Notes under the pieces: generated by a model
What the model was told of the DNA's origin: nothing
Databases searched by the model: none
Seen by the model: the letters and a program-made list of their open reading frames with translations, nothing else
Made by a program: the position numbers and the translations under genes
Shown: piece after piece, positions 19,978-30,245 of the stretch
Position numbering within the stretch: the stretch's first letter is position 1
Layout of the letters: every line of letters starts with the position of its first letter
Assembly: GCA_963692775.1 (NCBI GenBank)
Contig: OY839116.1
Coordinates: 3,016,161 to 3,080,160 of the forward strand
Reading direction: 5' to 3'
Length of the DNA stretch: 64,000 nt
Source: Dehalococcoidia bacterium
GTDB lineage: Bacteria; Chloroflexota; Dehalococcoidia; UBA2979

Positions 19978-21459
19978 GTGACCACTGCGACCGCTCCCGG
20001 CGCCACCGGCTACGAGGTCGTGATCGGCCTCGAGGTCCACGCGCAGCTCAACACCCGCTCGAAGATGTTTTGCGGCTGCGCGAGCGACTACTTCGCGGCC
20101 CCGCCGAACACGCGCGTCTGCGCGGTCTGCCTCGGCATGCCGGGCGTGCTGCCGGTGATCAACCGCAGCGCCGTGGACCTCACGATCCTCACCGGCCTCG
20201 CCCTCGGCTGCTCGATCCCGCCGCATTCCAAGTTCGACCGCAAGAACTACCCCTACCCCGACCTGATGAAGGGCTACCAGATCTCGCAGTACGACGAGCC
20301 GCTCTGCTTGGGTGGCGCGGTCTCGATCGAGCTGGACGGCGAGCGGCGTGAGGTCGGCCTGGAGCGGATCCACCTCGAGGAGGACACGGCGCGCCTGCTC
20401 CACCGCGAGGGGGGACCGGCCGACGACGGTTACTCGCTGCTCGACGTCAACCGCTCGGGCGTGCCGCTGATGGAGATCGTCTCCGCGCCGGACATGCGCT
20501 CGCCCGAGGAGGCCGTCGCCTACCTGCGCGAGCTGCGCCGCACGCTCCGCTACCTCGACGTCTCCGACGCCGACATGGAGAAGGGCTCGTTCCGCTGCGA
20601 CGCCAACATCTCGCTGCGCCGCCCCGGCGATCCGCTCGGCTCGAAGGTGGAGATCAAGAACATGAACTCCTTCCGCGCGGTGCAGCGCGCGATCGAGTCC
20701 GAGATCCGCCGCCAGGCCGCCGTCCTCGCCGGCGGCGGGAGCGTCGAGCAGGAGACGCGCGGCTACATCGAGGAGACCGGCGGCACGGCGAGCCAGCGCT
20801 CCAAGGAGGAGGCGCACGACTACCGCTACTTCCCCGAGCCGGACCTGCCCCCGCTGGAGATCGGCGAGGCGCGCCTCGCGGAGATTCGCGCGCTCCTGCC
20901 GGAGCTGCCCGACGCCAGGCGCGAGCGCTTCGAGGGCGAGTACGGCCTCGCCGCCGCCGAGGCGGGGCTGCTCGCCGAGACGCGCGCCCGCGCCGACGCC
21001 TTCGAGGCCGCCGTCGCCGCCTCGAAGCCCGGCCGCGCGCAGGCGGTCGCGCGCTGGCTGATCGGCGACGTGGCGGCGCTGCTCAACCAGGCGGGCGGCG
21101 ACGCGGAGCTGGCGGACACGCCGCTCACGCCCGGGCACGTCGCCGAGCTGGTCGGGCTCGTCGAGGACGGCGTGATCACCGCTGCCAGCGCCAAGCAGGT
21201 GCTCGCGGCTGCCTTCGAGAGCGGCGACGCGCCCTCGGCGATCGTCGAGGAGCGCGGCCTCGCCCAGCTGCGCGACGACGCCGGGCTTGCGAAGGTCGTC
21301 GGCGAGGTGATCGAGGCCAACCCGCAGGCGGTCGAGGACTACCGCGGCGGCAAGGAGAACGCGATCAAGTTCCTCGTGGGCCAGGTGATGCGCGCCACGC
21401 GCGGGCGCGCCAACCCCAACGAGGCGCAGTCCGCGCTCCGCTCCGCGCTCGACGGGTAG
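19978..21459 (+). CDS. gatB: Asp-tRNA(Asn)/Glu-tRNA(Gln) amidotransferase subunit B
   Basis: [13 protein letters not shown]...CGCASDYF...[12 protein letters not shown]; full length. Confidence 0.9.
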   Translation: MTTATAPGATGYEVVIGLEVHAQLNTRSKMFCGCASDYFAAPPNTRVCAVCLGMPGVLPVINRSAVDLTILTGLALGCSIPPHSKFDRKNYPYPDLMKGYQISQYDEPLCLGGAVSIELDGERREVGLERIHLEEDTARLLHREGGPADDGYSLLDVNRSGVPLMEIVSAPDMRSPEEAVAYLRELRRTLRYLDVSDADMEKGSFRCDANISLRRPGDPLGSKVEIKNMNSFRAVQRAIESEIRRQAAVLAGGGSVEQETRGYIEETGGTASQRSKEEAHDYRYFPEPDLPPLEIGEARLAEIRALLPELPDARRERFEGEYGLAAAEAGLLAETRARADAFEAAVAASKPGRAQAVARWLIGDVAALLNQAGGDAELADTPLTPGHVAELVGLVEDGVITAASAKQVLAAAFESGDAPSAIVEERGLAQLRDDAGLAKVVGEVIEANPQAVEDYRGGKENAIKFLVGQVMRATRGRANPNEAQSALRSALDG

Positions 21460-21477
21460 GGGACGAGGAGGGCGCGC

Positions 21478-22035
21478 ATGACGGCGGCGAAAGGGTTCCG
21501 AAGCGGCACGATCCACCAGCTCAGCGCCTCCAACGGCGGCGTTCCCAAGCGCGCGCTCGAAGAGGCCCGCGCCTTCATCGGCGGCCTCGAGGGCGACGCG
21601 CAGGCCGACCTCAAGCACCACGGCGGACCGGAGCGCGCGCTCTGCCTGTTCTCGCTCGAGCGGATCGAGGAGATGGCCGCCGAGGGCCACCCGATTGCGC
21701 CCGGCCTGGCCGGCGAGAACGTGACGATCTCCGGCCTCGACTGGTCGTTGGTGGTGCCGGGGTCGCGGCTGCGGCTCGGCGCCGGGGTGCTGGTGGAGAT
21801 CACGAGCTACACGGCGCCCTGCTTCAAGAACGCGGCCTGGTTCGCCGACGGCGACTTCAACCGCATGAACCAGAAGACGCACCCCGGCTGCAGCCGCGTC
21901 TACGCGCGCGTCCTCGAGGAGGGCCTGCTGCGCAGCGGCGACGCCGTCGATCTGCTCGACGAGTCCGCCGCGACTCGCGTCGCCCGCCAGCAGCCGCCGA
22001 CGATCCGCTGGCGGCCTCCAGGCCAGCGCGGGTAG
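21478..22035 (+). CDS. MOSC domain-containing protein
   Basis: Typical YiiM-like MOSC layout (GDAQADLKHHGGPERALCLFS...). Confidence 0.7.
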   Translation: MTAAKGFRSGTIHQLSASNGGVPKRALEEARAFIGGLEGDAQADLKHHGGPERALCLFSLERIEEMAAEGHPIAPGLAGENVTISGLDWSLVVPGSRLRLGAGVLVEITSYTAPCFKNAAWFADGDFNRMNQKTHPGCSRVYARVLEEGLLRSGDAVDLLDESAATRVARQQPPTIRWRPPGQRG

Positions 22036-22048
22036 CGGGCGCGCTCCC

Positions 22049-23380
22049 TCAGCCTCGCGCCGTCGCGGGCGAGGTGACGGCGATGCGCGGCGGCGGGCCG
22101 GGCCGGCGCACGGCGAGAATCAGCACGGCGGCGAGCAACCAGTTGACCCCGATCGTGAGAAAGACACCGTTGTAGTCGCCGACGGCGTCGAAGTAGAGGG
22201 CCGTGATCAGCGGCCCCGCCGCGCCCATTCCGAGTGAGACGGGCAGCACCACGCTGCGCACCTCGCCGAGGTAGCGCCGCCCGAAGTACTGCGCCCAGAT
22301 CACCTCCTGCGTCGGGAACAGCGCACCGACGCCCGTGCCCCAGAGCAGGTAGCCGAGGCCGACAAGCGCCGCGCTGCCGGACGCCGCCGCGAAGACGATG
22401 AGGACCATCGACGATCCAGACAGGACGAAGCCCAGCGCCGCGACATAACGGGAATCGTAGCGCTCGGTGAGCCAGCCCCAGAACGCCTTCGAGAACCCGG
22501 CTGCGAACCCGAGGATGACGACGATCCGCGCGGCCGTGGCGCGGCTGTAGTCCTGGTCCGTGAGGAAGGGAATGGCGTTCAGGATCACGCCCCCGATGCC
22601 AATCACCGCGAGCCCGAAGGCGAACGTGATCAGGTAGAGGGCCGGGGTGCGCAGCGCCTCGCGCCGGGTGTAGGAGTTGAGGTAGTCGGCCTCGATCCTC
22701 GAGGCGGCGCCGCTGCGCAGCTCCTCGGCGCTTCGCCCGTCGGGGTTGAGCCCGTGGTCCTCGGGCTGACGGCGAAAGAGCAACGCGATGGGGAAGATGA
22801 TCGCGGCCGTGACGACCGCGAGCACCTGCCAGCCGGCCCGCCAACCGAAGTCGTCGACGAAGGCGGTGAGCGGCGGGGCGATCACGATCCCCCCGATCGA
22901 GAAGCCGATCGCGCCGATGCCGATGGCGCGCCCTCGCAGGTCCACGAACCACTTGGAGAGCGTGACGTTGACGACGAGACTGCCGATCATCGCGGAGCCG
23001 CCCATGAAGAACAGGCCGCGCAGCACCATCCACTGCCACCACTCCTCGATGTAGCTGATCGAGAACAGCGTCACGGCGATCAGCGCGCCTCCGATCAGCA
23101 TCACGCGCCGCCCGCCCCGGCGGTCGACGTGCGCGCCGATGAAGAAGCCGATCGCGCCCGTCACCAGCTGCCCGAGGGTCTGGGCGAGCGTGAACTCGGT
23201 GCGCGACCAGTCGAGGTCCTCGGTCATCGGGACCAGGAAGACGCCGCCGGCGTAGACGCTGAGGCCGGCCTGCAACATCTGCGCGAGGAACGCGCCCGCG
23301 ACGATGTACCAGCCGAAGTAGACCCGAGGGCGCTTCGCGCTGTCGGCGGAGGGAGCCGGTGCCTCGGCGGGTGCGGCCAT
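22049..23380 (-). CDS. MFS transporter
   Basis: Twelve hydrophobic segments. Start trimmed to MAAPAEAP within the longer listed ORF. Confidence 0.75.
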   Translation of the reverse strand: MAAPAEAPAPSADSAKRPRVYFGWYIVAGAFLAQMLQAGLSVYAGGVFLVPMTEDLDWSRTEFTLAQTLGQLVTGAIGFFIGAHVDRRGGRRVMLIGGALIAVTLFSISYIEEWWQWMVLRGLFFMGGSAMIGSLVVNVTLSKWFVDLRGRAIGIGAIGFSIGGIVIAPPLTAFVDDFGWRAGWQVLAVVTAAIIFPIALLFRRQPEDHGLNPDGRSAEELRSGAASRIEADYLNSYTRREALRTPALYLITFAFGLAVIGIGGVILNAIPFLTDQDYSRATAARIVVILGFAAGFSKAFWGWLTERYDSRYVAALGFVLSGSSMVLIVFAAASGSAALVGLGYLLWGTGVGALFPTQEVIWAQYFGRRYLGEVRSVVLPVSLGMGAAGPLITALYFDAVGDYNGVFLTIGVNWLLAAVLILAVRRPGPPPRIAVTSPATARG

Positions 23381-23421
23381 CGGGCGCAGTATAGGCGCGG
23401 GCCGGGCGGATGACGCGCGGC

Positions 23422-24852
23422 TCAGCCGCCCGCTCGCGCCGCCTCGCGGGGCTCGATCGGCGTGATCACGCCGAGCCGGTCCTCGATCGCCTGCGCGGCG
23501 GCGAGGCACAGATCCTCGCGATAGCGCGGGCCGATCAGCTGCACGCCCCGCGGCAGTCCGCCGTCGGCTCCGGCGGGCAGCGCCACCGAGGGCAGCCCGA
23601 GCAGGTTCGCGGCGAGCGTGAGCCTCAGCCCGCGCCGCACGCCGAGCGCCCGCTCGCCGTCCGCGACGTCGTGGCCGACCTCGAAGGGCTGCGCCGTCGA
23701 GACCGGCCCCAGCAGCAGCCGCGAGCCGCCGGACCACTCCGACCAGGCGCGGGCGCAGCGGACGCGCTCCATGTGCGCCTCGAGGTAGGCCAGCAGGTCC
23801 GGCTCCGGCGCCGCCCCGGTCGTCAGCTCGATGAAGCGCAGCGCCTCCCCGCCGAGCTGCGAGAACAGCCCGGCGGCGAGGGCGGCTCGCAACTCGGCGT
23901 CGGCCAGCCGCCCCCAGGCCGCGGCGGCCTCGCGCAGCAGCGGCGGCTCGCCCTCCTCGACGCGGTAGCCGGCGTCGGCGAGCGCCTCGGCGGCGCGGCG
24001 CACGCCCGCGGCGACGCGATCGTCGACGCCGAGGCCCCCCGGATCGGCGGCGACGGCCACGGGCGGCGGCTCGCCGGGCGGCCCCTCGAGCGGAGCGGGC
24101 GCGAGCCGCGGGTCGCGCGGATCGGGCGCGGCGAGGACGCCGAAGGCGAGCCGCAGATCGGCGACGTGGCGCGCCATCGGGCCGGTCACGGTGAAGAGCT
24201 CGCCGCTGGGCGGCGGATCCGGCGCGCCCGCGCGCGGCGGCGTCGCGACGCGCCCGTAGCCGGGCTTGAGGGCGGCGGTCCCGCAGCACTGCGAGGGGTA
24301 ACGCAGCGAGCCGCCGTAGTCGTTGCCGAGGCCCAGCGGCGTCATGCCGCTCGCGAGGGCGGACGCCTCGCCGCCGCTGGAGCCGCCCGCCGTGCGGCCC
24401 GCGTCCCAAGGGTTGAGCGTCACGCCGCGCAGGCTGCTCGCGCTGTGCCAGCGCATGCCGTGGTCCGGCATGTTCGTGCGCCCGATCACGATCGCGCCCG
24501 CCTCGCGCAGCCGCTCGACCGCCGGGGCGTCGCGCTCCGCGCGGTCCCCGGCGAGGGCGGCGGCGCCGCTCGTCGTCGCGCTCCCGGCGACGTCGATGTT
24601 CTCCTTCACCGTGCAGGGCACGCCGTGCAGCGGGCCCGGCGCCTCGCCACGCGCGAGCGCCGCGTCGGCGCGGGCGGCGTGGTCGCGCGCTTGCTCGGCG
24701 AGCACGACCGTGACGGCGTTGAGCCGAGGGTTGACCGCCTCGATGCGTGCGACATGCGCCTCGACGGCCTCGCGCGCGGAGACCTCGCGCGCGCGGATCG
24801 CCGCAGCGAGTTGCGCGGCGCCCGCGCGCCAGAGGTCCGAGGGCAGCGTCAC
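23422..24852 (-). CDS. amidase (amidase-signature family)
   Basis: GGSSGGEASALASG signature. Confidence 0.85.
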   Translation of the reverse strand: MTLPSDLWRAGAAQLAAAIRAREVSAREAVEAHVARIEAVNPRLNAVTVVLAEQARDHAARADAALARGEAPGPLHGVPCTVKENIDVAGSATTSGAAALAGDRAERDAPAVERLREAGAIVIGRTNMPDHGMRWHSASSLRGVTLNPWDAGRTAGGSSGGEASALASGMTPLGLGNDYGGSLRYPSQCCGTAALKPGYGRVATPPRAGAPDPPPSGELFTVTGPMARHVADLRLAFGVLAAPDPRDPRLAPAPLEGPPGEPPPVAVAADPGGLGVDDRVAAGVRRAAEALADAGYRVEEGEPPLLREAAAAWGRLADAELRAALAAGLFSQLGGEALRFIELTTGAAPEPDLLAYLEAHMERVRCARAWSEWSGGSRLLLGPVSTAQPFEVGHDVADGERALGVRRGLRLTLAANLLGLPSVALPAGADGGLPRGVQLIGPRYREDLCLAAAQAIEDRLGVITPIEPREAARAGG

Positions 24853-24882
24853 GCCGCGAGGGCCGCAGGCCGGCTCGAGGCG

Positions 24883-25938
24883 CTACGCGGCCTCGTCGCC
24901 GTCGCGCTCATCGGCCTCGATCAGCGTTGCCGACGCCTCCGATCCGAGGAAGGCGAGCAGCACGAGCGCGGCGACCATCGCGACCGGCAGGCCGAACGAG
25001 ACGTCGGCCAGCGCGAGCGTCCCCGCCTCAGTGAAGTCGACGAGGTTGACGAACGCAAGCAGTCCGCCGAGGGCGGCGGCGGCGAAGACCCAGAGGTGGC
25101 CGAGCCGCGCGCTGATCTCGCGGCGGTGCAGCAGCCACGCGCCGAGGGCCGCCGCGAGGCCGGCGACCAGCACGACCTGCCCGGCCGCGGAAGCGATCCC
25201 CACGTCGCCCGACTGCCAGGGCATGAAGGCGGCAGCCGCCAGGGCGAGCCCCGCGACGACGGCCGCGCGCCCCAGGTAGAGCGCGCTCGGGGCGCTCTCG
25301 CCGCGCAGCGCCTGCTCCGGGCCGAACTCGAAGGCGCGCACCGCCAGCCAGCCCGCCGGCACGAGCGAGGCGGCGAGCAGCAGCTTCGCGAGGTCGCCGG
25401 GGATGAACGGCGTCAGGCCCCATTGCATCACGAGCCCCGCGCTCGCCTCGATGCCGAGCGTGGCCTCGTTGACGTACATCCAGTTGGCGAGCCAGGGCAG
25501 GCCGAAGACGTAGATGATCACGTTGCCCACCAGCATCGCGAGAGCGAGCGTGACCGGGCGGCGATCCCAGCCGAGGCGCGCGAGGAAGCCGACGGCGAAG
25601 GCGGCGAACGGGTAGGAGAGCAGGTAGCCGCCGGAGGAGCCGGTGATCACGCTCCAGCCGTGCGCGCCGCTCGCGTAGACCGGCAGATTGGCGATGCCCT
25701 CGAGGACGTAGAGCGTGGCGGCCATGGTCCCGAGCCGCGGTCCGAGCACCGCGCCGAGTAGGAGCACGGCGAAGGTCTGGCCGGTGATCGGGACGGGCCC
25801 GATCGGGAGGTGAATCGTGACCTGGGCGCAGAGCGCGAGCAGCGCCGACCCCGCGACGATCAGCACGACGTCGCGTACCAGTGTCTCGCGCGGCAGCAGC
25901 GCGTCGAGGCGCGTCCTGCGGAATGGCGTGGTGTGCAT
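24883..25938 (-). CDS. bioY: BioY-family biotin transporter with a C-terminal multi-TM extension
   Basis: N-terminal ~190 aa is BioY-like (PITGQTFAVLLLGAVLG). About 160 extra residues carrying further TM helices follow. Confidence 0.7.
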   Translation of the reverse strand: MHTTPFRRTRLDALLPRETLVRDVVLIVAGSALLALCAQVTIHLPIGPVPITGQTFAVLLLGAVLGPRLGTMAATLYVLEGIANLPVYASGAHGWSVITGSSGGYLLSYPFAAFAVGFLARLGWDRRPVTLALAMLVGNVIIYVFGLPWLANWMYVNEATLGIEASAGLVMQWGLTPFIPGDLAKLLLAASLVPAGWLAVRAFEFGPEQALRGESAPSALYLGRAAVVAGLALAAAAFMPWQSGDVGIASAAGQVVLVAGLAAALGAWLLHRREISARLGHLWVFAAAALGGLLAFVNLVDFTEAGTLALADVSFGLPVAMVAALVLLAFLGSEASATLIEADERDGDEAA

Positions 25939-26063
25939 GGCGTCTCCCGGCCCGGTGCGGCGGCCCCGCGCCGCCGCGCGCGCATGGTACCGGAACGCCC
26001 GCGCTGCGCGCGACGGGAGCGCGGAGCGCGGCCTGTCAGACAGTGGCGCGTGTAACTTCGGCG

Positions 26064-26315
26064 CTACGAGACGCTCGCGAGGCTCCCGAGTGAGTTGAGC
26101 GCCTCACCGATCTCGCGCTGCTGCGGAAGCCCGGCGAGCGTGAAGCCGCGGCTGGCCCAGAGGATCTCGACGCCGAGCACCTCGTCGGCCTCCCCGATGT
26201 CGACCCGCCGCTGCTCATCGAGTTCGCGCGTGTGGCTCACCTCGCCATGCCCGGATTCCGCCCTGCTCAGGCGGATGTAGAGTGCGTCGGCCTCGGGGTC
26301 ATACTCGATCAGCAT
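26064..26315 (-). CDS. DUF2283 family protein, orphan
   Basis: MLIEYDPEADALYIRL is the hallmark N-terminus. The usual DUF4258 partner is absent. Confidence 0.7.
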   Translation of the reverse strand: MLIEYDPEADALYIRLSRAESGHGEVSHTRELDEQRRVDIGEADEVLGVEILWASRGFTLAGLPQQREIGEALNSLGSLASVS

Positions 26316-26395
26316 TGTTGCATCTTCCCTGATTCCATCCCTGCCCGCATGGCTGACTACGTCCGGGCGTTTCCGCGAGCGCTACCCTGCGTGCC

Positions 26396-26926
26396 ATGCC
26401 GTCCCTTCCGAAGATCGCTTGTGCCGCCCTCGCAACGTGCGCCCTCGCGGCGCTGGCAGCCGCCTGTGCCTCGGAGAAGACGTGCAGCGAGGTTCCGCTG
26501 TCACCGCGGGCCGCCGAGGCACTCGACGCAATCGAGCAGCGGGTCGACTTTGCGCTGACGCGCCCCTGCGCCTTCGAGTCAGGCCTCGAGGTGACGGGCG
26601 TCTCGGAGGATTCGCTGCCCGATCAGGGCGTGCGGCATCCGCGGGTCAGCTTCGTCGTCGGCCGCGACGGGAGGCACGCCTTCACCCTGAGCCAGACGAG
26701 GGCGGTCGTTTCGTTCAGGGCGATCCCGACCGGGAGCCACTGGCTTCGCGTCTCCGCCGCCGGAGTCACCGCCGAGGGCTTCGCCGGGCCGACCGGCGCG
26801 GGTGTGGACCTCGCCTACCTCCGCTGGCGCAGGGACGGCGTCACGTTCGAGCTCCAGGCGACGCTGGGCCGGAGGCTGACCGAGCGGGACGTCCATGACA
26901 TTGCCGCGGAGTTGATGCGGCGTTGA
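26396..26926 (+). CDS. hypothetical lipoprotein
   Basis: Signal peptide and AAACAS lipobox. Confidence 0.55.
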   Translation: MPSLPKIACAALATCALAALAAACASEKTCSEVPLSPRAAEALDAIEQRVDFALTRPCAFESGLEVTGVSEDSLPDQGVRHPRVSFVVGRDGRHAFTLSQTRAVVSFRAIPTGSHWLRVSAAGVTAEGFAGPTGAGVDLAYLRWRRDGVTFELQATLGRRLTERDVHDIAAELMRR

Positions 26927-26938
26927 GTGCCTTCGAGG

Positions 26939-27376
26939 TCAGTAGAGGCCAGCCTCCTGTTGCTGGGCCCGGACGTACGCGATGATCGCCTCGACCTGCT
27001 GTTCGCTCAGCCCTTCGATCTTCGGCATGTTGCCGAACGGCCAGTGGTGGGCGATCACGCCGCGCTGCACGGCGAGGCGGAACGAGGCGTCGGAGTGGTG
27101 GTTCGGGTGGTAGATGCGGTCGAGGAAGGGCGGGCCTTGCGCGGTGCCCTGCAGATCGACGCCGTGGCAGACCGCGCAGGTCTGCCGGAAGAGCGTCTCG
27201 CCGTCCAGGATCGGGACCGCCGTCGCCGCCGGCGTCTCCGCCGGCGAGGCCGCCGGGGGCGGGGCGGGCGGGTCGTCCGCCTCGCCCTCGCACGCGGCGA
27301 CGAGGGCGAGCGACACGACGAGCGCCGCTACGCCGAGCGGGGCGAGGTTCGCGAGCCTGCGCAGTGACGTTCGCAT
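26939..27376 (-). CDS. c-type cytochrome (lipoprotein, single CxxCH)
   Basis: CAVCHG heme-binding motif and VAAC lipobox. The start is trimmed to MRTSLRRL because the listed ORF 5' extension overlaps tRNA-Leu. Confidence 0.75.
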   Translation of the reverse strand: MRTSLRRLANLAPLGVAALVVSLALVAACEGEADDPPAPPPAASPAETPAATAVPILDGETLFRQTCAVCHGVDLQGTAQGPPFLDRIYHPNHHSDASFRLAVQRGVIAHHWPFGNMPKIEGLSEQQVEAIIAYVRAQQQEAGLY

Positions 27377-27428
27377 GCGGTTATTGTCCCACGCCTCGCC
27401 GCTCCCAGGCTGGTATCGTCGCGTGGAG

Positions 27429-27513
27429 GCCGGGGTGGCGGAACTGGCAGACGCAGCGGGCTTAAAACCCGCGGCCCTCGGGCGTGGGGGTTCGAATCCC
27501 TCCCCCGGCACCA
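27429..27513 (+). tRNA. tRNA-Leu (anticodon UAA), class II with long variable arm
   Basis: 85-nt cloverleaf read by hand: acceptor GCCGGGG/CCCCGGC, anticodon stem GCGGG/CCCGC, loop CUUAAAA, T-loop TTCGAAT, 3' CCA encoded. Confidence 0.85.
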
Positions 27514-27540
27514 CCAACGCTCACGAAGGGAGGCGCCACG

Positions 27541-28458
27541 ATGGCGGAGACAGCCACGATGGCGGAAACAATCGGCTTCATCGGGCTCGGCAACATCGGC
27601 TCGCCGATGGCGCGCAACGTGCTCGGCGCGGGCTTCGGCCTCGTCGCCTGCGACATCCAGCCGGACGCCCTCGCGCGCCTCGCCGAGGCGGGCGCGCAGC
27701 CGGCGGACTCGCCGCGCGCGGTCGCGAGCGCGGCGCGCACGATCTGCCTCTCGCTCCCGACCTCGAACGAGGTCGAGACGGTCTGCTTCGGGCCGGACGG
27801 GATCGTCGAGGGCGCCTCGGACGGCGCGATCATCGTCGACCTGACCAGCGGCAACCCGCCGCAGACGGCCGCGATCGGCGAGCGCCTGCGCGAGTCCGGC
27901 ATCGAGCTCGTCGACGCGGGCGTGAGCGGCGGCGTGCCCGGCGCCGAGGCGGGCACGCTCGGCATCATGTGCGGCGGCTCGATCGAGGCCTACGAGGCGT
28001 GCCTGCCGGTCCTCGAGGCGATCGGGGCGCAGATCTTCCACCTCGGTGAGCCGGGCGCCGGGCACCTGACGAAGGCGCTCAACAACTTCTGCTCGGCCGC
28101 CAACTACCTCGCGCTCTCGGAGGCGATGACCGTGGCGACGAAGGCCGGGCTCGACCCGCTCAAGGTGCTGGGCGCGATCAACGCCAGCTCCGGGCGCAGC
28201 TGGACGAGCGAGAACCGCTTCCCCCGGTTCGTCCTCGCCGGCGACTTCTCCTCGCGCGGCGGGATGGCGACCGAGCTGATGGTCAAGGACCTGGCGAACG
28301 CCGTCGCAGGCGGCAAGGAGCACGGCGTGCCGATGCCCGTCGCCGGCCTGATCTCGCAGCTGTTCCTGCTCTCGCAGGCGTTGCACGGCAAGCAGGCCCC
28401 GAACCAGGTCGCCGTGCGCATGTACGAGGGCTGGGCGCGGGCGGAGAGCCGCGCCTGA
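27541..28458 (+). CDS. NAD(P)-dependent oxidoreductase (3-hydroxyisobutyrate / 6-phosphogluconate dehydrogenase family)
   Basis: IGFIGLGNIGSPMA Rossmann motif. Start refined to MAETATMAE with a GGGAGG RBS. Confidence 0.8.
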   Translation: MAETATMAETIGFIGLGNIGSPMARNVLGAGFGLVACDIQPDALARLAEAGAQPADSPRAVASAARTICLSLPTSNEVETVCFGPDGIVEGASDGAIIVDLTSGNPPQTAAIGERLRESGIELVDAGVSGGVPGAEAGTLGIMCGGSIEAYEACLPVLEAIGAQIFHLGEPGAGHLTKALNNFCSAANYLALSEAMTVATKAGLDPLKVLGAINASSGRSWTSENRFPRFVLAGDFSSRGGMATELMVKDLANAVAGGKEHGVPMPVAGLISQLFLLSQALHGKQAPNQVAVRMYEGWARAESRA

Positions 28459-28468
28459 GGCGGATCGC

Positions 28469-29956
28469 TCAAGCGCCCTCGGAGGGCGCTGCTGCGGCGG
28501 CGCGGCCGGCCCAGCGGCCGAAGAAGGTGCAGTCGCCCAGCGAGAGGCCGCTGCTGTAGCCCCGCCCTTGTAGCCCCGCCGTCGCTCGCCCCGCCGCGTA
28601 GAGCCCGCCGATTGCGCTGCCGTCCGCGCGCAGTACCTCGCCCGTCATCGCCGTCGTGAGGCCGCCGATCGGGAAGCCCGACCAGACCGAGGCCGTGATC
28701 GAGAAGTCGAGCGCGGCGTAGGGCGGGCTGTCGAGCGGCTCGAGCCACTCCGGCGCCTTGTGGAACTCGGGGTCCTCGCCGCGCGCGGCGTGCTCGTTGT
28801 AGGAGGCCATCGTGCGCTGGAGACTGCCCTCCGGCATCCCCAGCTCGCGCTCGAGCTCCTCGTATGTCTCGCCGATGGCGACGATCTCCGCCTGCGCGAG
28901 CACCGGGCGGCGGTAGGTCTCGTCGTCGACGATCATCAGGACCTCGCCGCCGTGGTCGTAGAGGGCGGTCGGGCCGAGCTGATCGCGGTACTGGTCCTCG
29001 TTCACGAAGCGGCGGCCCTCGCGATCGACGAGCACGCCCTTCACGAGCCGCCTCGGCGGGCTCGTCGTCAGGTTCACCATGCCCCACTCCATGCGATCGA
29101 GGGCGGCCCCTAGGCCGAGGCCAAGACGGATCGCGATGCCATCGCTCGCGTCGGCGCCGAGCCGGTTGCGCAACTGCAGCAGCTCAGGCGCGTACTGCCG
29201 CAGCATTGTCTCGTTCATCACGAAGCCGCCCGTGCAGAGGACGACGCCGCAGCTCGCGCGCACGTGGCGCGTCTCGCCCTCGATGCGCGCTCGGAGGCCG
29301 ACCACGCGGGGCTCCTCCGGCGGTCCGCCCACCACGAGGCGCTCGACGCGTGCGCCGGTGACGATCGTCGCGCCGGCGGCCGCGGCTGCGGCGCTCAGCG
29401 CCTCCATCAGCACCAGTCCGCCGCCCTCGCCGGGGTGCTGCGGGTGGTGGCCGCGAGGCGCGGGCGCGGCGAGGGCGCTGAAGGGGTGCGCCAGCTCGCT
29501 GCCCGTGTAGGACAGCCCGTGCTCGGAGCCCCACGGGTAGGTACCGCGTTCGGGCGGCAGGAACTCCGCCTTGAACGGCACGCCGCGGGCGACGAGCCAC
29601 TCGTAGAGCTCGACGCTGCCCTCGCAGTAGGCGCGCAGCCACTCGTCGTCCGGTCCCGGCTGCACCGAGGCGCGCAGGTAGCGATACATCTCCCCGGGCG
29701 TGTCGTCGAAGCCGCAGGCGCGTTGCAGCGGCGTGCCTCCCCCGAGGTAGATCGAGCCGCCGGAGAGCGCGCTCGTCCCGCCGCCGGAGAACTCGCGCTC
29801 CAGCAGCAGCACGTCGGCTCCGGCCTCGGCGGCCTCGATCGCCGCGGATGCGCCCGCCGCGCCGAGGCCGACGACGACCACGTCGGCCTCGAGGTCCCAT
29901 CGGGGAACCTCGCTGGCCGCGAGCGGCGTGATCGGGCCGGCCTCGTTGTCGCTCAT
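28469..29956 (-). CDS. FAD-dependent oxidoreductase (fumarate reductase / KstD-like flavoprotein)
   Basis: VVVVGLGAAGASAAIEAAEAGADVLLLE FAD-binding motif. Start refined to MSDNEAGPI. Confidence 0.8.
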   Translation of the reverse strand: MSDNEAGPITPLAASEVPRWDLEADVVVVGLGAAGASAAIEAAEAGADVLLLEREFSGGGTSALSGGSIYLGGGTPLQRACGFDDTPGEMYRYLRASVQPGPDDEWLRAYCEGSVELYEWLVARGVPFKAEFLPPERGTYPWGSEHGLSYTGSELAHPFSALAAPAPRGHHPQHPGEGGGLVLMEALSAAAAAAGATIVTGARVERLVVGGPPEEPRVVGLRARIEGETRHVRASCGVVLCTGGFVMNETMLRQYAPELLQLRNRLGADASDGIAIRLGLGLGAALDRMEWGMVNLTTSPPRRLVKGVLVDREGRRFVNEDQYRDQLGPTALYDHGGEVLMIVDDETYRRPVLAQAEIVAIGETYEELERELGMPEGSLQRTMASYNEHAARGEDPEFHKAPEWLEPLDSPPYAALDFSITASVWSGFPIGGLTTAMTGEVLRADGSAIGGLYAAGRATAGLQGRGYSSGLSLGDCTFFGRWAGRAAAAAPSEGA

Positions 29957-30245
29957 CGCGGCGCCCGCAAGCGCTCCTCCTTCAGATCCTCGACGCTGTC
30001 GAGGTCCGGGTGCTGTTCCTGCAAGTAGGCGGGGATGACGAGGCCGATTGCCAGTTGCGGCTGAGGCTCTCGCCGCCAGAGACGACCTCGCCGAGTGCCT
30101 GGGTCTCCTCCCAGGCCTCGATCTGGTTGGGCAGCCAGATCTCCAGCGTAATGTGGCTGTCGCCACGCCGCAGCCCCTGCAGCAGCGGCAGCGCGTGCCC
30201 GAACACCAGCCCCCGAGCCTCCGCAGCCGCGAGGCGACGGCTCAA
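29956..30245 (-). pseudogene. frameshifted internal fragment (~85 codons) of a ProX-like substrate-binding protein gene; duplicate of 33043..33287
   Basis: Two overlapping listed ORFs (29953..30420 and 29982..30245) in different frames together reproduce VFGH.LPLLQGLRRGDSHIT.EIWLPNQIEAW...YLQEQHPDLDSVEDLKEER of the intact gene at 32459..33523. DNA identity is about 90%. Confidence 0.75.
29962..30211. repeat. direct repeat copy A (~250 bp) flanking the LRR lipoprotein insertion
   Basis: Aligns by eye with 33043..33287 with scattered mismatches (about 90% identity). Confidence 0.8.

Noticed and set aside
18196-21882. 1228-aa minus-strand ORF
   Set aside because: Only the 3' ~443 codons (18196-19524) are YvcK-like. 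The remainder is antisense to gatB and the YHS gene and is low-complexity Arg-rich.
22049-24409. 786-aa ORF suggesting a giant fusion
   Set aside because: It resolves into an MFS transporter (22049-23380). The in-frame 5' extension through the amidase gene's antisense strand is Arg-rich and lacks an RBS.
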